The notes under the pieces are model-generated. The model saw only the letters and a list, made by a program, of their open reading frames with translations, did not search any database and was not told where the DNA came from. This document shows, in pieces, positions 45,779 through 47,576 of a stretch of DNA of 47,576 nt. The first letter of the stretch is position 1, and the number at the start of each line of letters is the position of its first letter. The position numbers were made by a program, and so were the translations under genes. Source of the DNA: an uncultured Flavobacteriaceae bacterium (GTDB lineage Bacteria; Bacteroidota; Bacteroidia; Flavobacteriales; Flavobacteriaceae); assembly GCA_964617385.1 (NCBI GenBank), contig CAZTYX010000001.1:1-47576 (forward strand). The letters are read 5' to 3'.

Positions 45779-47576
45779 ATGTCAAACGGAAAAATTAATG
45801 TAGCGGTAGAAAACATCTTCCCGCTGATCAAAAAATTCTTATATAGCGACCACGAAATTTTCTTACGAGAACTCATTTCAAATGCAACAGATGCCACCAC
45901 CAAACTTAAACATTTAAGTAGCTTAGGTGAGATTAAAGGTGATTTAGGAGAATTAAAAATTGAAGTGAGAATTGATGCGAAAGGAAAAAAATTACACATT
46001 ATTGACCGAGGCATTGGAATGACAAGCGACGAAGTACAGAAATATATTAACGAAGTTGCTTTTTCGGGTGCCGAAGAATTTTTAGAACAATATAAAGACA
46101 CTGCCAAAGACAGTGGTATTATTGGACACTTTGGATTAGGCTTCTACTCTGCTTTTATGGTGGCCGATAAGGTTGAAATTATTACTAAATCCCATCAAAA
46201 AGGAAGTGAGGCCGTGCATTGGACGTGTGACGGATCGCCAGAATATACACTGGAAAAGGCCGACAAAAAAGAACGTGGTACGGAAATTATCTTACACATT
46301 GCTAAAGATTCAAAAGAATTTTTGGAAGAAAGCCGTATCAGTGAATTGTTGAGAAAATACAACAAGTTTATGCCTATTCCGATTCAATTTGGCACCCGTG
46401 AAGAAACCCTTCCATTGGCAGAAGATGCACCAAAAGATGCCCAACCGGAGACCCAAACAGTAGACAACATTATCAATAACCCCGATCCGGCGTGGACCAA
46501 AGCCCCCACAGACCTGAAAGAAGATGACTATAAGGCTTTTTACAGGGAGCTTTATCCCATGCAATTTGAGGAGCCCTTGTTTAATATTCATCTTAACGTG
46601 GATTATCCATTCCACCTCACGGGCATCCTTTATTTTCCAAAATTAAACAACGATTTAAACCTGCAAAAGGATCGTATTCAGTTGTATCAAAACCAAGTTT
46701 TTGTAACAGATAATGTGGAAGGCATAGTTCCTGAATTTTTAACCCTACTCCGTGGGGTAATCGATTCGCCAGATATTCCTTTGAACGTATCTAGAAGTTA
46801 TTTACAAGCGGATGGTGCAGTCAAAAAAATCAGCAATTATATAACCCGTAAGGTAGCCGACAAACTCAACAGCCTCTTTAAAAAAGACCGTAAAGCCTTT
46901 GAAGAAAAGTGGAACGATATTAAAGTGGTGATTGAATATGGAATGTTAAGCGAAGAAAAGTTTTTTGAGAAGGCTGATAAATTTGCGCTTTATCCCACCA
47001 CCAATGGAGAATTTTTTACTTATGACGAATTGGTCGAAAAAGTGAAAGCCGCGCAAACAGACAAAGATGATAAATTGGTGTTGCTCTATGCCTCAAACCA
47101 AGAAGAACAACACAGCTACATTGTCCAAGCAAAAGAAAAGGGCTATACCGTTTTATTACTCGATTCACCCATTGCCAGCCACTTGATTCAAAAATTGGAA
47201 ACCGAAAAAGAAAATGTGTCTTTCGCACGTGTGGATGGTGATACGTTAGAAAACCTTATTAAAAAGGAAGAAGCCGTTGTTTCGAAACTGAGCGAGGAAG
47301 AAAAAGAAAAATTAAAGCCAATGATTGAAGCTGTTGTTGAAGGTGGAAGCTACACCATTCAATTGGAAGCTCTAGACAGCAATGCCTTACCCTTTCAACT
47401 CACCCAACCGGAATTTATGCGTCGAATGAAAGAAATGCAGCAAACCGGTGGTGGTATGATGGGGTCCTTACCCGAAATGTTTAATTTGGTGGTGAATACC
47501 AACCACGAACTGGTGGGTCAAATTTTAAATACACGCACTCAAAAGAAAAGAGATCGCCTCATTCAACAAGCGTTAG
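45779..47576 (+). CDS. htpG: Molecular chaperone HtpG (Hsp90); 3' end beyond the window
   Basis: Not in the ORF track because it is open-ended. Hand translation from the ATG at 45779 gives MSNGKINVAVENIFPLIKKFLYSDHEIFLRELISNATDA...GHFGLGFYSAFMVADKV, and the frame stays open to the window end. Confidence 0.95.
   Translation, partial: MSNGKINVAVENIFPLIKKFLYSDHEIFLRELISNATDATTKLKHLSSLGEIKGDLGELKIEVRIDAKGKKLHIIDRGIGMTSDEVQKYINEVAFSGAEEFLEQYKDTAKDSGIIGHFGLGFYSAFMVADKVEIITKSHQKGSEAVHWTCDGSPEYTLEKADKKERGTEIILHIAKDSKEFLEESRISELLRKYNKFMPIPIQFGTREETLPLAEDAPKDAQPETQTVDNIINNPDPAWTKAPTDLKEDDYKAFYRELYPMQFEEPLFNIHLNVDYPFHLTGILYFPKLNNDLNLQKDRIQLYQNQVFVTDNVEGIVPEFLTLLRGVIDSPDIPLNVSRSYLQADGAVKKISNYITRKVADKLNSLFKKDRKAFEEKWNDIKVVIEYGMLSEEKFFEKADKFALYPTTNGEFFTYDELVEKVKAAQTDKDDKLVLLYASNQEEQHSYIVQAKEKGYTVLLLDSPIASHLIQKLETEKENVSFARVDGDTLENLIKKEEAVVSKLSEEEKEKLKPMIEAVVEGGSYTIQLEALDSNALPFQLTQPEFMRRMKEMQQTGGGMMGSLPEMFNLVVNTNHELVGQILNTRTQKKRDRLIQQAL

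Noticed and set aside
45715-46107. 130-aa minus-strand ORF overlapping the htpG 5' region
   Set aside because: It is antisense to an unmistakable HtpG N-terminal ATPase domain, and its translation has no recognisable features.

Overview
This is a chromosomal window from a Bacteroidota genome that looks Flavobacteriia-like. The evidence is a SusC/SusD pair, BshC, an rpmB-rpmG-DUF4295-ftsY arrangement, TAnnTTTG -7 promoter boxes and the absence of Shine-Dalgarno sequences. I call 39 protein-coding genes. Three of them are not in the ORF track: two are truncated by the window edges and one is a 50-aa ORF. I also call 3 intrinsic terminators and 8 candidate promoters. I saw no tRNA, rRNA, CRISPR array, transposase or integrase. 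Two regions stand out. (A) 1-15973 holds a SusC/SusD locus with no recognisable glycoside hydrolase, lyase, esterase or sulfatase. Its cargo is two FG-GAP/UnbV-ASPIC (CRTAC1-like) propeller proteins, a PAP2/vanadium-haloperoxidase-like lipoprotein with a complete active-site triad, and an NHL-propeller lipoprotein. Transcribed divergently from it are two Tat-exported enzymes (a Gfo/Idh/MocA oxidoreductase and a xylose-isomerase-like TIM barrel) and a cysteine-less FGE-fold protein. (B) 32853-35963 is an AT-rich, tightly coupled five-gene operon: YHS-domain protein, DoxX-like membrane protein, membrane-anchored ATP-grasp ligase, DinB-like protein, and an NRDE/TANGO2-family protein. It sits between ribosomal protein genes and cinA, and I cannot map it to any described pathway. 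The rest is housekeeping: mnmA, yidC, pyrG, guaA, bshC, rimO, ftsY, rpmB/G, cinA, an E2 acyltransferase, recR, fabH and htpG. All functional calls come from motif recognition by eye; no database search was run.
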